Assembly (NCBI GenBank): GCA_965219905.1
Contig: CBDCOS010000002.1
Location: forward strand, 2,076,625-2,140,624
DNA length: 64,000 nt
Direction: 5' to 3'
From: an uncultured Candidatus Binatia bacterium
Lineage (GTDB): Bacteria > Desulfobacterota > Binatia > UBA9968 > JAJDTQ01
Shown here: positions 38,206 to 47,767 of the stretch, in pieces
How the letters are laid out: every line of letters begins with the position of its first letter
How positions within the stretch are numbered: position 1 is the first letter of the stretch
The notes under the pieces: generated by a model
What the model was told of the DNA's origin: nothing
The model's database searches: none
What the model saw: only the letters and a program-made list of their open reading frames with translations
Translations under genes and position numbers: made by a program

Positions 38206-39282
38206 CTACAGGCCGTAGAACCGCCGCGGGTTGTCGTCCACGATCCGGGTGTGCATCTCCTCGCTGATACCGCCGCCCTCCTTGAGCGAGGTAAGCGCCT
38301 CCAGCTCCGTGGACGAGTCGGCGTGCCCGTAGTCCGTGCCGATCATCAAGGTGCCCTCGCCGGCCTGTCGCATCAGGTACGGCACGTCGTCGCCGATCTG
38401 GCAGGTCACGTACAGGTTGTACTCCTCCAGCAGGTCCTCCGGCAGCTTGTCGTCCACCGTGTCGATCCGCCGCCGCAACTCGTAGACCACCCACGGGATC
38501 CACGACGCCGCGGTCTCGATGAAGCCGAACCGGAGCTTGGGAAAGGTCTTGGGCACGCCCGCGCTCACCAACCGGAAGCACGCACCGACGTTGAAGATGC
38601 GGTACTGGCAGAAGAAGTCGCGGGTGCCATCGGCGTTACCCAGCATGTCCACCAGGTTGGCATTACCGTTGGACTGGTGCAGCCCGATGCACAGGTCCAG
38701 CTTCGAGGCTTCCTCGTAGATCGGGAAAAAGTACGGGTCGTCCACCGTGCGGGGACCCTCCATCGGCCGCATGAAGATGCCGCAGGCGCCGTTCTCCTTG
38801 GCGAAGTGCAACTGGTCCATGGCGTCCGGCATGCTGAGGAACGGCAGCACGCACATCCAGCGCAGCCGTCCCTTGCCTTCCCTCCAGATGTCCGCCAGCC
38901 AGCGGTTGTAGGCGCCGCAAAGGGCCACGTCCACTTCCGGCCTCTCGGTGCACTGATCCAGGAAGATGCTCGTGTAGAGGATCTGCACGTCGATGCCCAG
39001 CTCGTCCATGTGCGCCAGCCGCGCCCCTACGTTGGCCACGTCGCGGGTCTCCATGGTCGTGGTCATCTGCCTCCCGACCTTCTGCGAACGCTCGACCAGG
39101 GCCTCTTCCGTGAACGCGAACCGGAACAGCCCGCGGATCTTCCCGTCGATGACCCAGTTCTGCCGCTGCGTCCCGTCGTTCGGGTCGAACAGGGCCGGCC
39201 GGTACTTCTGCTCCGAGGGCGTCAGATAGTCCCACGTACGCGGACTCTCGACGACATGCGCGTCAGCGTCTACCCATCCCAT
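38206..39282 (-). CDS. amidohydrolase-2 family protein (paralog)
   Basis: 358 aa; MGWVDADAHVVESP..., C-terminal ...DDNPRRFYGL shared with paralogs. Confidence 0.75.
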   Translation of the reverse strand: MGWVDADAHVVESPRTWDYLTPSEQKYRPALFDPNDGTQRQNWVIDGKIRGLFRFAFTEEALVERSQKVGRQMTTTMETRDVANVGARLAHMDELGIDVQILYTSIFLDQCTERPEVDVALCGAYNRWLADIWREGKGRLRWMCVLPFLSMPDAMDQLHFAKENGACGIFMRPMEGPRTVDDPYFFPIYEEASKLDLCIGLHQSNGNANLVDMLGNADGTRDFFCQYRIFNVGACFRLVSAGVPKTFPKLRFGFIETAASWIPWVVYELRRRIDTVDDKLPEDLLEEYNLYVTCQIGDDVPYLMRQAGEGTLMIGTDYGHADSSTELEALTSLKEGGGISEEMHTRIVDDNPRRFYGL

Positions 39283-39394
39283 TGGATGCTCTCCTTCCGT
39301 GGATAGCTGTGGATTCGATTCGAGATTATCCGGGTTGAAGCGGGGGCGTCAACCGGATTTGTGCGGTCGTTCCCGGCCGGGCAGCCGATCGCGT

Positions 39395-39790
39395 CTACTT
39401 CAATCGATCGATTCCAGGGCAAACATCGAAACCCTGATCGAAGCTCAGGATTCGATGAACACCGGCACGCCGCATCACTGCTACGTGGAGGGCATCGCGA
39501 GCAGAGAGCCCATCCACGGAGTCGAGGAGTGTCTTGGCGGCCCGCACCTCGGAAATACCGAAGGGGAGGATCTCGTCGGTGATCGCATCCAGGTTCGCGA
39601 ATGCAACGTCGATGGCGTCGAGCCGCCGAATTGCAGTGTATCGATGAAGTATCTCCTGGTAGACTTCCACGTCGGTGACCAGCCGTTCCCCTTCTCCGGT
39701 CAGTTGGGCCAGCAACGCAAGAACGCGGTCCTTGTTGGGATGTGGAGCACCCACCACGTACATCGGGACGTTGGAGTCAATGAAGATCAC
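39395..39790 (-). CDS. vapC: type II toxin VapC (PIN domain ribonuclease)
   Basis: 131 aa; MIFIDSNVPMY (D5) ... acidic PIN residues; ATGA overlap with upstream antitoxin. Confidence 0.8.
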   Translation of the reverse strand: MIFIDSNVPMYVVGAPHPNKDRVLALLAQLTGEGERLVTDVEVYQEILHRYTAIRRLDAIDVAFANLDAITDEILPFGISEVRAAKTLLDSVDGLSARDALHVAVMRRAGVHRILSFDQGFDVCPGIDRLK

Positions 39791-40032
39791 GTGATTTGTC
39801 GCCCGGATTCAATCTCCTGCAGCATCACGTCGATGTCCGCGGTCGGAAACTCGTGCCGCGACGCATCGGCGATAGCGCGAAGTTTGGCGTCGATGCTTCC
39901 AGGGTGGTCATTTCGCGCCTTGCGCAGGGCCTGCCGAACCCATTCCGCTACGGTCATCCTCTGGCTACGTGCACACCCCTGGATCTGTCGAAACTCCTCC
40001 TCGTCAAAGAGGACCTGTAGGCGTTTACTCAT
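39787..40032 (-). CDS. vapB: type II antitoxin VapB (RHH/CopG-like)
   Basis: 81 aa; N-terminal MSKRLQVLFDEEEFRQIQGCARSQRMTVAEWVRQAL ribbon-helix-helix pattern. Confidence 0.7.
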   Translation of the reverse strand: MSKRLQVLFDEEEFRQIQGCARSQRMTVAEWVRQALRKARNDHPGSIDAKLRAIADASRHEFPTADIDVMLQEIESGRQIT

Positions 40033-40038
40033 TTGTAC

Positions 40039-40068
40039 AGTATAATTAACTCATTTCGTATGAGTCAA
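40039..40068 (-). promoter_or_regulatory. candidate vapBC promoter (minus strand -35 TTGACT, 18-nt spacer, -10 TATACT) with inverted repeat ACTCAT-N5-ATGAGT operator; near-leaderless VapB
   Basis: Hexamers read on the minus strand immediately upstream of vapB ATG (40032); palindrome lies in the spacer. Confidence 0.45.
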
Positions 40069-40085
40069 CACCCAAGGAGGAAGCC

Positions 40086-41201
40086 ATGCTAGGCGTCGTG
40101 GATGCGGACACGCACATTATCGAGCATCCGGGCATGTGGGAGCTGTTCGATCCGGAGATGTATCAGCGACGGCCAGTGCTGGCGTCGACCACGGAAGACA
40201 GTGTCTACGGGGAAAACAACCAGGTATGGCTCATCGACGGCATGGCGGTGCCCAAGCGTTTCGGCAAGGGCAGCGCGCTGGTAGCGGTGGGGGGATCGGA
40301 CAGGGAGAACGCCCGGACCGACATCGCCGCCTCGGTGCGGTACGTCACCGACCCGGAAGCGCGGGTGCGGGACATGGACAAGCGCGGGGTGGAGGCGGAG
40401 GTGGTGTACCCTACCCTGCTGCTGAGCTACCTGGAGGTGGACGTGGCCCTGGAGACGGCCATCTGCCGGGCCTACAACCGCTACCTGGCCGAGGCCTGGA
40501 AGACAGCGGGGGACCGGCTGCGCTGGGTGGTGGTGCCGCCGTTGCGGGACATGGAGGCCTCGGTGCGGGAGATCGAGACCGCCCGGGACCACGGCGCCGT
40601 GGGCGTGTTCTTCCGCGGGGTCGAAGGAGACCGCTCGCTCGCGGAATCTTATTTCTTCCCCATCTACGAGGCGGCCAACCGGCTCCGCATGGCCGTCTGC
40701 ATTCACACCGGGGCAGGCGCGCCGGAGATCACCCGGGTGTTCGACCGGAACTTCAGCCACAACCTGCCCCACGTGCGTTCGCTGCCGCTGTTCGCCTTTC
40801 GGGATCTCGTGGCCCACAAGATCCCCGAGCGCTTTCCCGAAGTGCGGTTCGGCTTCATCGAGGCCTCCGCCTCGTGGGTGCCCTACGTGCTGCACCATCT
40901 GCAAAGAGCCAGCGGCGCCAAGCTCAACGCCGGCGGCGACGCGGACGCCAACCTCGACTGGGGACCCAAGCTGTTCCGTGACTACCGGCTCTACGTCGCC
41001 GCGGAAGCGGACGAGGACCTGCCCTACCTGCTCACCCACATCGGCGAGGACCACATCATCATGGGGTCCGACTACGGCCACCAAGACCAATCCCGGGAAG
41101 ACGGCATGGTGGCGGTGATGCGCCGCAAAGAGGACGTAGCCCGGGCAGTTGTGGAGAAGATCCTCTGCGACAATCCCCGCCGGTTCTACGGGCTCGCATG
41201 A
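40086..41201 (+). CDS. amidohydrolase-2 family protein (paralog)
   Basis: 371 aa; RBS AAGGAGG; MLGVVDADTHIIEHP..., ...CDNPRRFYGLA. Confidence 0.75.
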   Translation: MLGVVDADTHIIEHPGMWELFDPEMYQRRPVLASTTEDSVYGENNQVWLIDGMAVPKRFGKGSALVAVGGSDRENARTDIAASVRYVTDPEARVRDMDKRGVEAEVVYPTLLLSYLEVDVALETAICRAYNRYLAEAWKTAGDRLRWVVVPPLRDMEASVREIETARDHGAVGVFFRGVEGDRSLAESYFFPIYEAANRLRMAVCIHTGAGAPEITRVFDRNFSHNLPHVRSLPLFAFRDLVAHKIPERFPEVRFGFIEASASWVPYVLHHLQRASGAKLNAGGDADANLDWGPKLFRDYRLYVAAEADEDLPYLLTHIGEDHIIMGSDYGHQDQSREDGMVAVMRRKEDVARAVVEKILCDNPRRFYGLA

Positions 41202-41204
41202 TTC

Positions 41205-41235
41205 GGGGGCGACCGCGGGTCGCCCCTACAGGAAC
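41205..41235. repeat. REP element GGGGCGACCGCGGGTCGCCCCTACAGGAAC (3' flank of RAYT gene)
   Basis: Identical to the copy at 41977-42007 on the other side of the RAYT gene. Confidence 0.75.
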
Positions 41236-41268
41236 AGCGCGGGATGGGCACGCCCGCCGCAAAGATGA

Positions 41269-41886
41269 TCATAGCCGGTTGGCTGCGGGCTGGCGTCGGG
41301 CGGGATTCTCGGGGTCTTCGGCCCATCGAGCCGGGTTCTCCGCGATGTACTGGCGAATACGGTTCAGCACCGCTTCGTACCGGATGACGTGCTCGTAGTA
41401 GTTTCGCTGCCACACCGGTTCACCACCCGTGCCACGGAATGCATTGATGCGCTTGGCCGATGCCGATTTGAAACCCGCCACTATGGCACCTACGGACCCT
41501 GGTCCGGGTCCCGTAGGGGCGACCCGCCGGTCGCCCCTGCCCGGCAGGCACACACCGGTGGTCAACGACCGCTGATCAGGGCGCGACCGGCGGTCGCGCT
41601 CGCTGCCAACGTCGGCAATTGTCAAGATCCCGTGAATATGATTCGGCATGACAACCCAGGCATCCAACTCGATTTCGGGACGGATTCGAGCGGATCTGAG
41701 CCATTCATCCGTGACTATCCGGCCTGCCTCATTCAGCACCATTTGATGATCCACGACTTCTCCGAACAAGATCCTGCGGTCGGCCGTGCAGATGGTGAGA
41801 AAATACGCGCCGGCCTGCGAATAGTCATAACCGTGCAGACGCATCGAACGGCGTCTACGCTTTTCAGGATCGTTGCGCTCTCTCAT
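41269..41886 (-). CDS. REP-associated tyrosine transposase (RAYT; IS200/IS605-like Y1 HuH transposase)
   Basis: 205 aa; LHGYDYSQAGAYFLTICT, HuH motif VVMPNHIHGIL, catalytic Tyr region WQRNYYEH; contains an about 35-aa insert corresponding to two REP-like cores. Confidence 0.8.
   Translation of the reverse strand: MRERNDPEKRRRRSMRLHGYDYSQAGAYFLTICTADRRILFGEVVDHQMVLNEAGRIVTDEWLRSARIRPEIELDAWVVMPNHIHGILTIADVGSERDRRSRPDQRSLTTGVCLPGRGDRRVAPTGPGPGSVGAIVAGFKSASAKRINAFRGTGGEPVWQRNYYEHVIRYEAVLNRIRQYIAENPARWAEDPENPARRQPAANRL
41513..41603. repeat. two REP-like palindromic cores (GGGGCGACCCGCCGGTCGCCCC and GCGCGACCGGCGGTCGCGC) lying in-frame inside the RAYT coding sequence
   Basis: Cores at about 41516-41537 and 41581-41599 translate in the RAYT frame as ...RGDRRVAPTGP... 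and ...SERDRRSRP... Confidence 0.6.
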
Positions 41887-41976
41887 GAACTACCTCGCTT
41901 GGGGGCCCCGGGGATCATGCCGCTATCCCGAATCCAAGCAATAGCCATGCCGGATTCCCGCACCTTGCCGGACCAA

Positions 41977-42007
41977 GGGGCGACCGCGGGTCGCCCCTAC
42001 AGGAACG
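41977..42007. repeat. REP element GGGGCGACCGCGGGTCGCCCCTACAGGAAC (5' flank of RAYT gene)
   Basis: Direct copy of the 41205 element. Confidence 0.75.
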
Positions 42008-42087
42008 GAGATCATGCCCTCCTTCCTTCGCGCCTTCGTCGATCCGATTTGTCGCCCGGTGCACCCACAGATGTCGGGCTTGTCGCG

Positions 42088-42113
42088 GTAGGGGCGACCG
42101 ACGGTGGCCGCTG
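42088..42113. repeat. degenerate REP copy GTAGGGGCGACCGACGGTGGCCGCTG
   Basis: Shares the TAGGGGCGACC arm with other copies; second arm decayed. Confidence 0.5.
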
Positions 42114-42224
42114 TGGGCACACGCACCGTCAAAATCCTGCGTCGATACCCAAGGTCGCGCAGGATTGAACCCTTGAGATTTGCGCGCCCGCGCAATAAGG
42201 TCAGGTGCAGGTTTGGAGGACCAC

Positions 42225-43685
42225 ATGAGCAAGGACATCACCTTCGTCGACACCACCTTGCGCGACGGACACCAGAGCCTGTGGGCGGAGAACATGACCA
42301 CGGGCATGATGCTTTCGGTGGCCGAGCAGATGGACCGGGCGGGGTTCGAGGCCATGGAGTTGATCTCCGGGTCGCACCTCAAGAAGTGCGTTCGGGAGCT
42401 CAAGGAGGACCCGTGGGAGCGGGTGCGGCTGGTGGCGCAGCGCATCACCGAAACGCCACTCCGGGTCATCGCCGGCCGCGTCAACACCTTCGAGTTCAAC
42501 CCCCTGTGCATGTACCGGCTGTTCATGGAGCGCATGGCGGCCAACGGCATCCGGGAGGCGCGCATCTCCGAGGAGTGGAACGATTACGCGGGATGGAAGC
42601 GCAAGGTGGAGGTGTCACGGGAAGTGGGCATCAAGCCCATCATCAACATGATCTACTCGGTGTCCCCCAAGCACACCGACGAGTACTTCGCACGGAAGAC
42701 CCGCGAGGCGGCCTCGCTGGAGGTGCCGATCATCTGCCTCAAGGACCCGGGCGGCCTGCTCACGCCGGAGCGCATGCGCACGCTGGTGCCGGTGATGTAC
42801 GAGAACTGCAACGGCATCCCCATCGAGCTGCACACCCACTGCACCACCGGCCTGGGGCCGCTGTGCTGCATTGAGGCCATGGATCTGGGGATCCGCAGCG
42901 TCAACACCGCGGTGCCGCCGCTGGCGGACAGCTCCTCCAATCCCTCGGTGTTCAACGTCGCCCGTAACGCCCGGGCGCTGGGCTACAACCCGCTGGTGGA
43001 CGAGTCGGTCCTGGAACCCGTCTCGGAGCACTTCATGACCATCGCCAAACGCGAAGGCTTCCCCATCGGCAAGCCGGTGGAGTACGACTACGCCCAGTAC
43101 CAGCACCAGGTTCCCGGCGGCATGCTGTCCAACCTGCAGCATCAGCTCGACAAGGTGCGCCTGGGCGACCGGTTCCCGCGGGCCCTGGAGGAATCCATCC
43201 AGGTGCGCGCCGAGTTCGGTTACCCCATCATGGTGACGCCCCTGTCCCAGTTCGTGGGCAGCCAGGCGGCGCTCAACGTCATCGTGGGCGACCGCTACAA
43301 GGAGGTCACCGACCAGGTGATCCGCTACGCCCTGGGACGCGCCGGAGAGGAAGGCGCCCGGCTCATGGACCCCAACGTCAAGGACAAGATCCTCGACCGG
43401 CCCCGAGCCCGGGAGATCGCGGCGCAGGAGCCGGAGGAGACGCCCCTCTCGGAGATGCGCGCCCGCTTGGGCGGCGACGGGGTGTCGGACGAGGAGCTGT
43501 TGCTGCGCTGGCTCATGAGCGAGGACGAGATCGCCCAGATGCGCGCGGCCGCGCCGCCCCAGGCGTACGTCAGCACCACCCCGCCGATGGTGGCGCTGGT
43601 GGAGAAGCTGGCCAGGAAGAGCGACCTGGGACACGTGCGGGTGACCAAGGGCGACGTCTCGGTGACGCTGAACCGCGGAGACTAA
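42225..43685 (+). CDS. carboxyltransferase 5S-subunit-like protein (oxaloacetate decarboxylase alpha/pyruvate carboxylase subunit B-like) lacking a biotinyl domain
   Basis: RBS GGAGGA; [11 protein letters not shown] motif, HMGL-like TIM barrel plus PYC_OADA-like region; C-terminus has no AMKM biotin attachment motif. Confidence 0.7.
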   Translation: MSKDITFVDTTLRDGHQSLWAENMTTGMMLSVAEQMDRAGFEAMELISGSHLKKCVRELKEDPWERVRLVAQRITETPLRVIAGRVNTFEFNPLCMYRLFMERMAANGIREARISEEWNDYAGWKRKVEVSREVGIKPIINMIYSVSPKHTDEYFARKTREAASLEVPIICLKDPGGLLTPERMRTLVPVMYENCNGIPIELHTHCTTGLGPLCCIEAMDLGIRSVNTAVPPLADSSSNPSVFNVARNARALGYNPLVDESVLEPVSEHFMTIAKREGFPIGKPVEYDYAQYQHQVPGGMLSNLQHQLDKVRLGDRFPRALEESIQVRAEFGYPIMVTPLSQFVGSQAALNVIVGDRYKEVTDQVIRYALGRAGEEGARLMDPNVKDKILDRPRAREIAAQEPEETPLSEMRARLGGDGVSDEELLLRWLMSEDEIAQMRAAAPPQAYVSTTPPMVALVEKLARKSDLGHVRVTKGDVSVTLNRGD

Positions 43686-43771
43686 GAGGAGGAGCCGTCA
43701 TCGCCACCCATCGCCTGACAGAGCTACCGGCGTGGCAGGACCTCGCCGAGCACTACCGCAAGATCAAGGAC

Positions 43772-45328
43772 GTGCACCTGCGCGCACTGTTCGCCGAGGA
43801 CGCCAACCGCGGCGGGCGGTACGCTGTCGAGAGCGCCGGGCTCTATCTCGACTACTCCAAGAACCGCGTCACCGACGAGACCCTGGGGCTACTGCTGGAG
43901 CTGGCGCGGGCCACCGGCCTTCGGGAACGCATCGACGCCATGTTCGGCGGCGAGCGCATCAACGTTACCGAGGGGCGGCCGGTGCTGCACGTGGCGCTGC
44001 GGGCGCCCCGGGACCAGCGAATCCTGGTGGACGGCGAGGACGTGGTGCCCGAGGTCCACGGCGTGCTCGACCGCATGGCGTCCTTCGCGGACCGGGTCCG
44101 TTCCGGCGAGTGGAAGGGGTACACCGGCAAGCGCATCCGCAACGTGGTCAACATCGGCATCGGCGGATCGGACCTGGGGCCGGTAATGGCCTACGAGGCG
44201 CTGCGCCACTATAGCGACCGTTCCCTCAGCCTGGGCTTCGTCTCCAACGTGGACGGCACCGACTTCGCCGAGACCGTCCAGGGGCTGGACCCGGCGGAGA
44301 CCCTGTTCATCGTAAGCTCCAAGACCTTCACCACGCTGGAGACGCTCCAGAACGCCCACACGGCGCGGGAATGGTGCCTCGCCGCGCTCAAGCACGAGGC
44401 CGCCGTGGCCAGCCACTTCGTGGCGGTGTCCACCAACCATGACGAGGTGCGGCGCTTCGGCATCGACACCGACAACATGTTCGGCTTCTGGGACTGGGTA
44501 GGAGGCCGCTATTCCTACGACTCCGCCATCGGCCTGTCGCTGATGATCGCCGTCGGCCCGGACAATTTCCGGGCCATGCTCGGCGGCCTCCACGCCATGG
44601 ACGAGCACTTCCGCACCGCCCCCTTCGAAGAGAACCTGCCGGTGCTGCTGGGCCTCCTGGGCATCTGGTACAACAACTTCTTCGGCGCCGAGACCCACTC
44701 CATCCTGCCCTACGACCAGTACCTCTGGCGCCTGAGCGCCTACTGCCAGCAGCTCGACATGGAGAGCAACGGCAAGCACGTCACCCTCGACGGCGAGGTC
44801 GTGGACTACCAGACCGGCCCGATCATCTGGGGACAGCCCGGCACCAACGGCCAGCACGCCTACTACCAGTTGATCCACCAGGGCACGAAGCTGATCCCCT
44901 GCGACTTCATCGGCTTCTGCCGGACCCTGAATCCCTTGGGGAACCACCACGACCTGCTGATGGCCAACCTGTTCGCCCAGACCGAGGCGCTGGCCTTCGG
45001 AAAGACCGGGGAGGAGGCGGCCGCCGAGGGCATGGAGGCCTTCCAGGTGCCGCACCGGACCTTCGAAGGCAACCGCCCCACCAACACGATCCTGGCGGAG
45101 CAGCTCACCCCGGAGACCCTGGGCAAGATCATCGGGCTCTACGAGCACAAGGTGTTCGTCCAGGGCTCCATCTGGGGCATCAACTCCTTCGACCAGTGGG
45201 GCGTGGAGCTGGGCAAGGCCCTGGCCCAACGCATCGTCCCGGAGCTGGAGAGCGCGGAGACGCCGGAGCTCGACCACGACAGCTCCACCAACGCGCTGAT
45301 CCGGCGCTACCGCGCACTGCGGGGTTAG
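43772..45328 (+). CDS. pgi: glucose-6-phosphate isomerase
   Basis: Strong Pgi similarity throughout ([52 protein letters not shown]); the true start is probably upstream near 43700 (see findings). Confidence 0.9.
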   Translation: MHLRALFAEDANRGGRYAVESAGLYLDYSKNRVTDETLGLLLELARATGLRERIDAMFGGERINVTEGRPVLHVALRAPRDQRILVDGEDVVPEVHGVLDRMASFADRVRSGEWKGYTGKRIRNVVNIGIGGSDLGPVMAYEALRHYSDRSLSLGFVSNVDGTDFAETVQGLDPAETLFIVSSKTFTTLETLQNAHTAREWCLAALKHEAAVASHFVAVSTNHDEVRRFGIDTDNMFGFWDWVGGRYSYDSAIGLSLMIAVGPDNFRAMLGGLHAMDEHFRTAPFEENLPVLLGLLGIWYNNFFGAETHSILPYDQYLWRLSAYCQQLDMESNGKHVTLDGEVVDYQTGPIIWGQPGTNGQHAYYQLIHQGTKLIPCDFIGFCRTLNPLGNHHDLLMANLFAQTEALAFGKTGEEAAAEGMEAFQVPHRTFEGNRPTNTILAEQLTPETLGKIIGLYEHKVFVQGSIWGINSFDQWGVELGKALAQRIVPELESAETPELDHDSSTNALIRRYRALRG

Positions 45329-45403
45329 CGTGTTGTCCCATGCAATCGGTGACCAGGATGCGCAGGATATGTTCCCGCCGGCACTAGATGAGCGAGGGCC
45401 GCG

Positions 45404-46549
45404 TTGAAACCGCTCAGACTCGGCATCGCCGGACTCGGCGCCGCCTCACGCCAGATCCTCTCGGTGGTCCACAAGGCCCAAGGTGTGGAGCTGGCGGCGG
45501 GAGCGGACATCCGCCCCGAGGCGCTGGACGAGTTTACCGGGAAGTACGGCGGCACGGTGTTCGACGACGTCGAGGCGCTGTGCCGGAGCGACGCGGTGGA
45601 TGCGGTGTGGATCGCCACCCCCAACGTGTTCCACGCCCAACACACGGTGACGGCGGCGGAGCACGGCAAGCACGTCATCACCGAGAAGCCCATGGCGGTG
45701 ACGCTGGAAGAGGCGGACCGCATGGTGACGGCCGCGGCGCGCAACGGGGTCAAGCTGTTGCAGGGCCACTCCAAGGTGTACGATCCGCCGGTGCGGCGCA
45801 TGCGCGAGATCATCAGCTCGGGACGGCTGGGCCGGGTCATCCACATCCAGACCATGAACTACAACAACTGGCTGCAACGGCCGCGCATCGCCTCCGAGGT
45901 GGACACGCAGCAGGGCGGCGGGCTCGTGTACCGCCAGGGCCCGCACCAGACCGACATCGTCCGGTGCCTCGGCGGCGGGCTGGTCAAGAGCGTGCGCGCG
46001 ATCACCGGCCGGTGGGATCCGAACTTCGACACCGAAGGCAACTTCGCCGCCATGCTGGAGTTCGAGGACGGCACCGTCGCCAGCATGAGCTTCAACGGCT
46101 ACGGCTATTTCGACGTGACCGAGCTGACCTGGGACATCGGCGAAGGCGGCTACCTGGTGGAGCGGAAGGCCAAGGGGGAACGGCTCGCCGGCCCCATCGC
46201 CGCGCAGGAGAAATACCAGCTCGCCGCCAAGCAGGCCGCCTCCGAGGATCGCATGCACCAGCCCTTCTTCGGGCTCACCATCGTGAGCTGCGAGCGCGGA
46301 GCCATACGCCAGTCGCCGGACGGGCTCTATGTGTACACGCAGGACGGCCGCGAGGAAGTCGCCTGCGGACCGCGCTACGGACGCGCCGCGGAGCTGATCG
46401 AGCTGCGCGCGGGCCTGGTGGAGGAGCGCCCGGTCTTCCCGGACGGGACCTGGGGCAAGGCCAGCCTGGAGGTCTGCCTGGCCATGCTGCAGTCGTCGAA
46501 GGAACGGCGGGAGATCCGCCTGGAGCACCAGGTGCCGTGCCCCTTCTGA
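45404..46549 (+). CDS. Gfo/Idh/MocA family oxidoreductase
   Basis: 381 aa, TTG start; Rossmann LRLGIAGLGAASRQ, EKP motif (ITEKPMA). Confidence 0.75.
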   Translation: MKPLRLGIAGLGAASRQILSVVHKAQGVELAAGADIRPEALDEFTGKYGGTVFDDVEALCRSDAVDAVWIATPNVFHAQHTVTAAEHGKHVITEKPMAVTLEEADRMVTAAARNGVKLLQGHSKVYDPPVRRMREIISSGRLGRVIHIQTMNYNNWLQRPRIASEVDTQQGGGLVYRQGPHQTDIVRCLGGGLVKSVRAITGRWDPNFDTEGNFAAMLEFEDGTVASMSFNGYGYFDVTELTWDIGEGGYLVERKAKGERLAGPIAAQEKYQLAAKQAASEDRMHQPFFGLTIVSCERGAIRQSPDGLYVYTQDGREEVACGPRYGRAAELIELRAGLVEERPVFPDGTWGKASLEVCLAMLQSSKERREIRLEHQVPCPF

Positions 46550-46571
46550 CCGGGGGCAAAGGAGTTGCGCC

Positions 46572-47750
46572 ATGTTGACACAGGAACAGAATGACCGCTT
46601 GACCCGGGTGGGTCCGGGGACGCCGGCCGGCGAGCTGCTGCGGCGCTACTGGCTGCCCGTGGCCGTGGCGGCGGAGCTCAACGAAGAGAACCCGGTCCAG
46701 TTCGTGCGCATCCTCGGCGAGAATCTCGTGCTGTTCCGCGACACCACCGGACGCGTGGGCCTTATCGACGACCGCTGCGCCCACCGGGGCGTGTCGCTCT
46801 CCTACGGCCGGGTGGAGGAGCGCGGCCTCGCCTGCGCCTACCACGGCTGGCTCTACGACGTGGACGGCAACTGCCTCGAGACCCCGGCCGAACCGCCGGA
46901 AAGCAAGTTCTGCCTGACGGTCAAGCAGAAGGCCTATCCGGTGCAGCGCTTCATCGGGCTCTACTGGACCTACATGGGGCCTCAGCCGCAGCCGTTGATC
47001 CCCAACTACGACGTCTGGGCGCGCAAGGACGGCAAGCGGAAGATATTCGTGCAGCCGCAACTCGACTGCAACTGGTTCCAGGCCATGGAGAACTCGGTGG
47101 ACCCGGCGCACCTCCCGATCCTGCACCAGGATACCGCACTGCGGGAACGCACCCCGGTGAACGTCACCCGGGGCTTCACCGACGACGTTGCCGGTTTCGA
47201 CTTCTACGAGTTCGAGCTGGGCATCATGAAGCACCGCGACTACGCCAGCGGCCACAGCGACGAGCACCCGCTGATCTTCCCCAACATCCTGCGGCAGGCC
47301 AACTCCACCCAGATCCGGGTGCCCATGGACGACACTCACACGAAGATCTTCTTCGTGCGCTTCTTCAGGAACGAGGACGGCCGCATCGAGGATGGCGAGG
47401 CGGAGCCCGAGGTGGAATACATCGCGCCCTACAAGGACCCGCCCGACCAGGTCCACCCCTTCACCCGCTTCCGCCTGAACGAGGTGCAGTGCCAGGATCA
47501 CATGGCCTGGGAGACCCAGGGGCCCATCGCCGACCGCACCCACGAGCGGCTGGCCACCTCCGACCGCGGCATCGTGATGCTGCGGGAGCTGATGAACCGG
47601 GAGATGGAACGGGTCGAAGCGGGGGAAGACCCCAAGGGTGTGGTCCGCGATCCGGCTGAGAACGAGATGCTCGACACCCGGCTGGCCGAGTCCCTGATGG
47701 GTCCCGAGACCCAGAAGCGGCTCCGCGACGCCGCGGCGGCGGGCCGGTAG
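46572..47750 (+). CDS. Rieske [2Fe-2S] non-heme iron oxygenase alpha subunit (VanA/phthalate-dioxygenase-like class)
   Basis: 392 aa; Rieske CAHRG...CAYHGW; mononuclear iron motif NWFQAMENSVDPAHLPILH. Confidence 0.75.
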   Translation: MLTQEQNDRLTRVGPGTPAGELLRRYWLPVAVAAELNEENPVQFVRILGENLVLFRDTTGRVGLIDDRCAHRGVSLSYGRVEERGLACAYHGWLYDVDGNCLETPAEPPESKFCLTVKQKAYPVQRFIGLYWTYMGPQPQPLIPNYDVWARKDGKRKIFVQPQLDCNWFQAMENSVDPAHLPILHQDTALRERTPVNVTRGFTDDVAGFDFYEFELGIMKHRDYASGHSDEHPLIFPNILRQANSTQIRVPMDDTHTKIFFVRFFRNEDGRIEDGEAEPEVEYIAPYKDPPDQVHPFTRFRLNEVQCQDHMAWETQGPIADRTHERLATSDRGIVMLRELMNREMERVEAGEDPKGVVRDPAENEMLDTRLAESLMGPETQKRLRDAAAAGR

Positions 47751-47767
47751 GGGCAGGTCCTGCGTCC

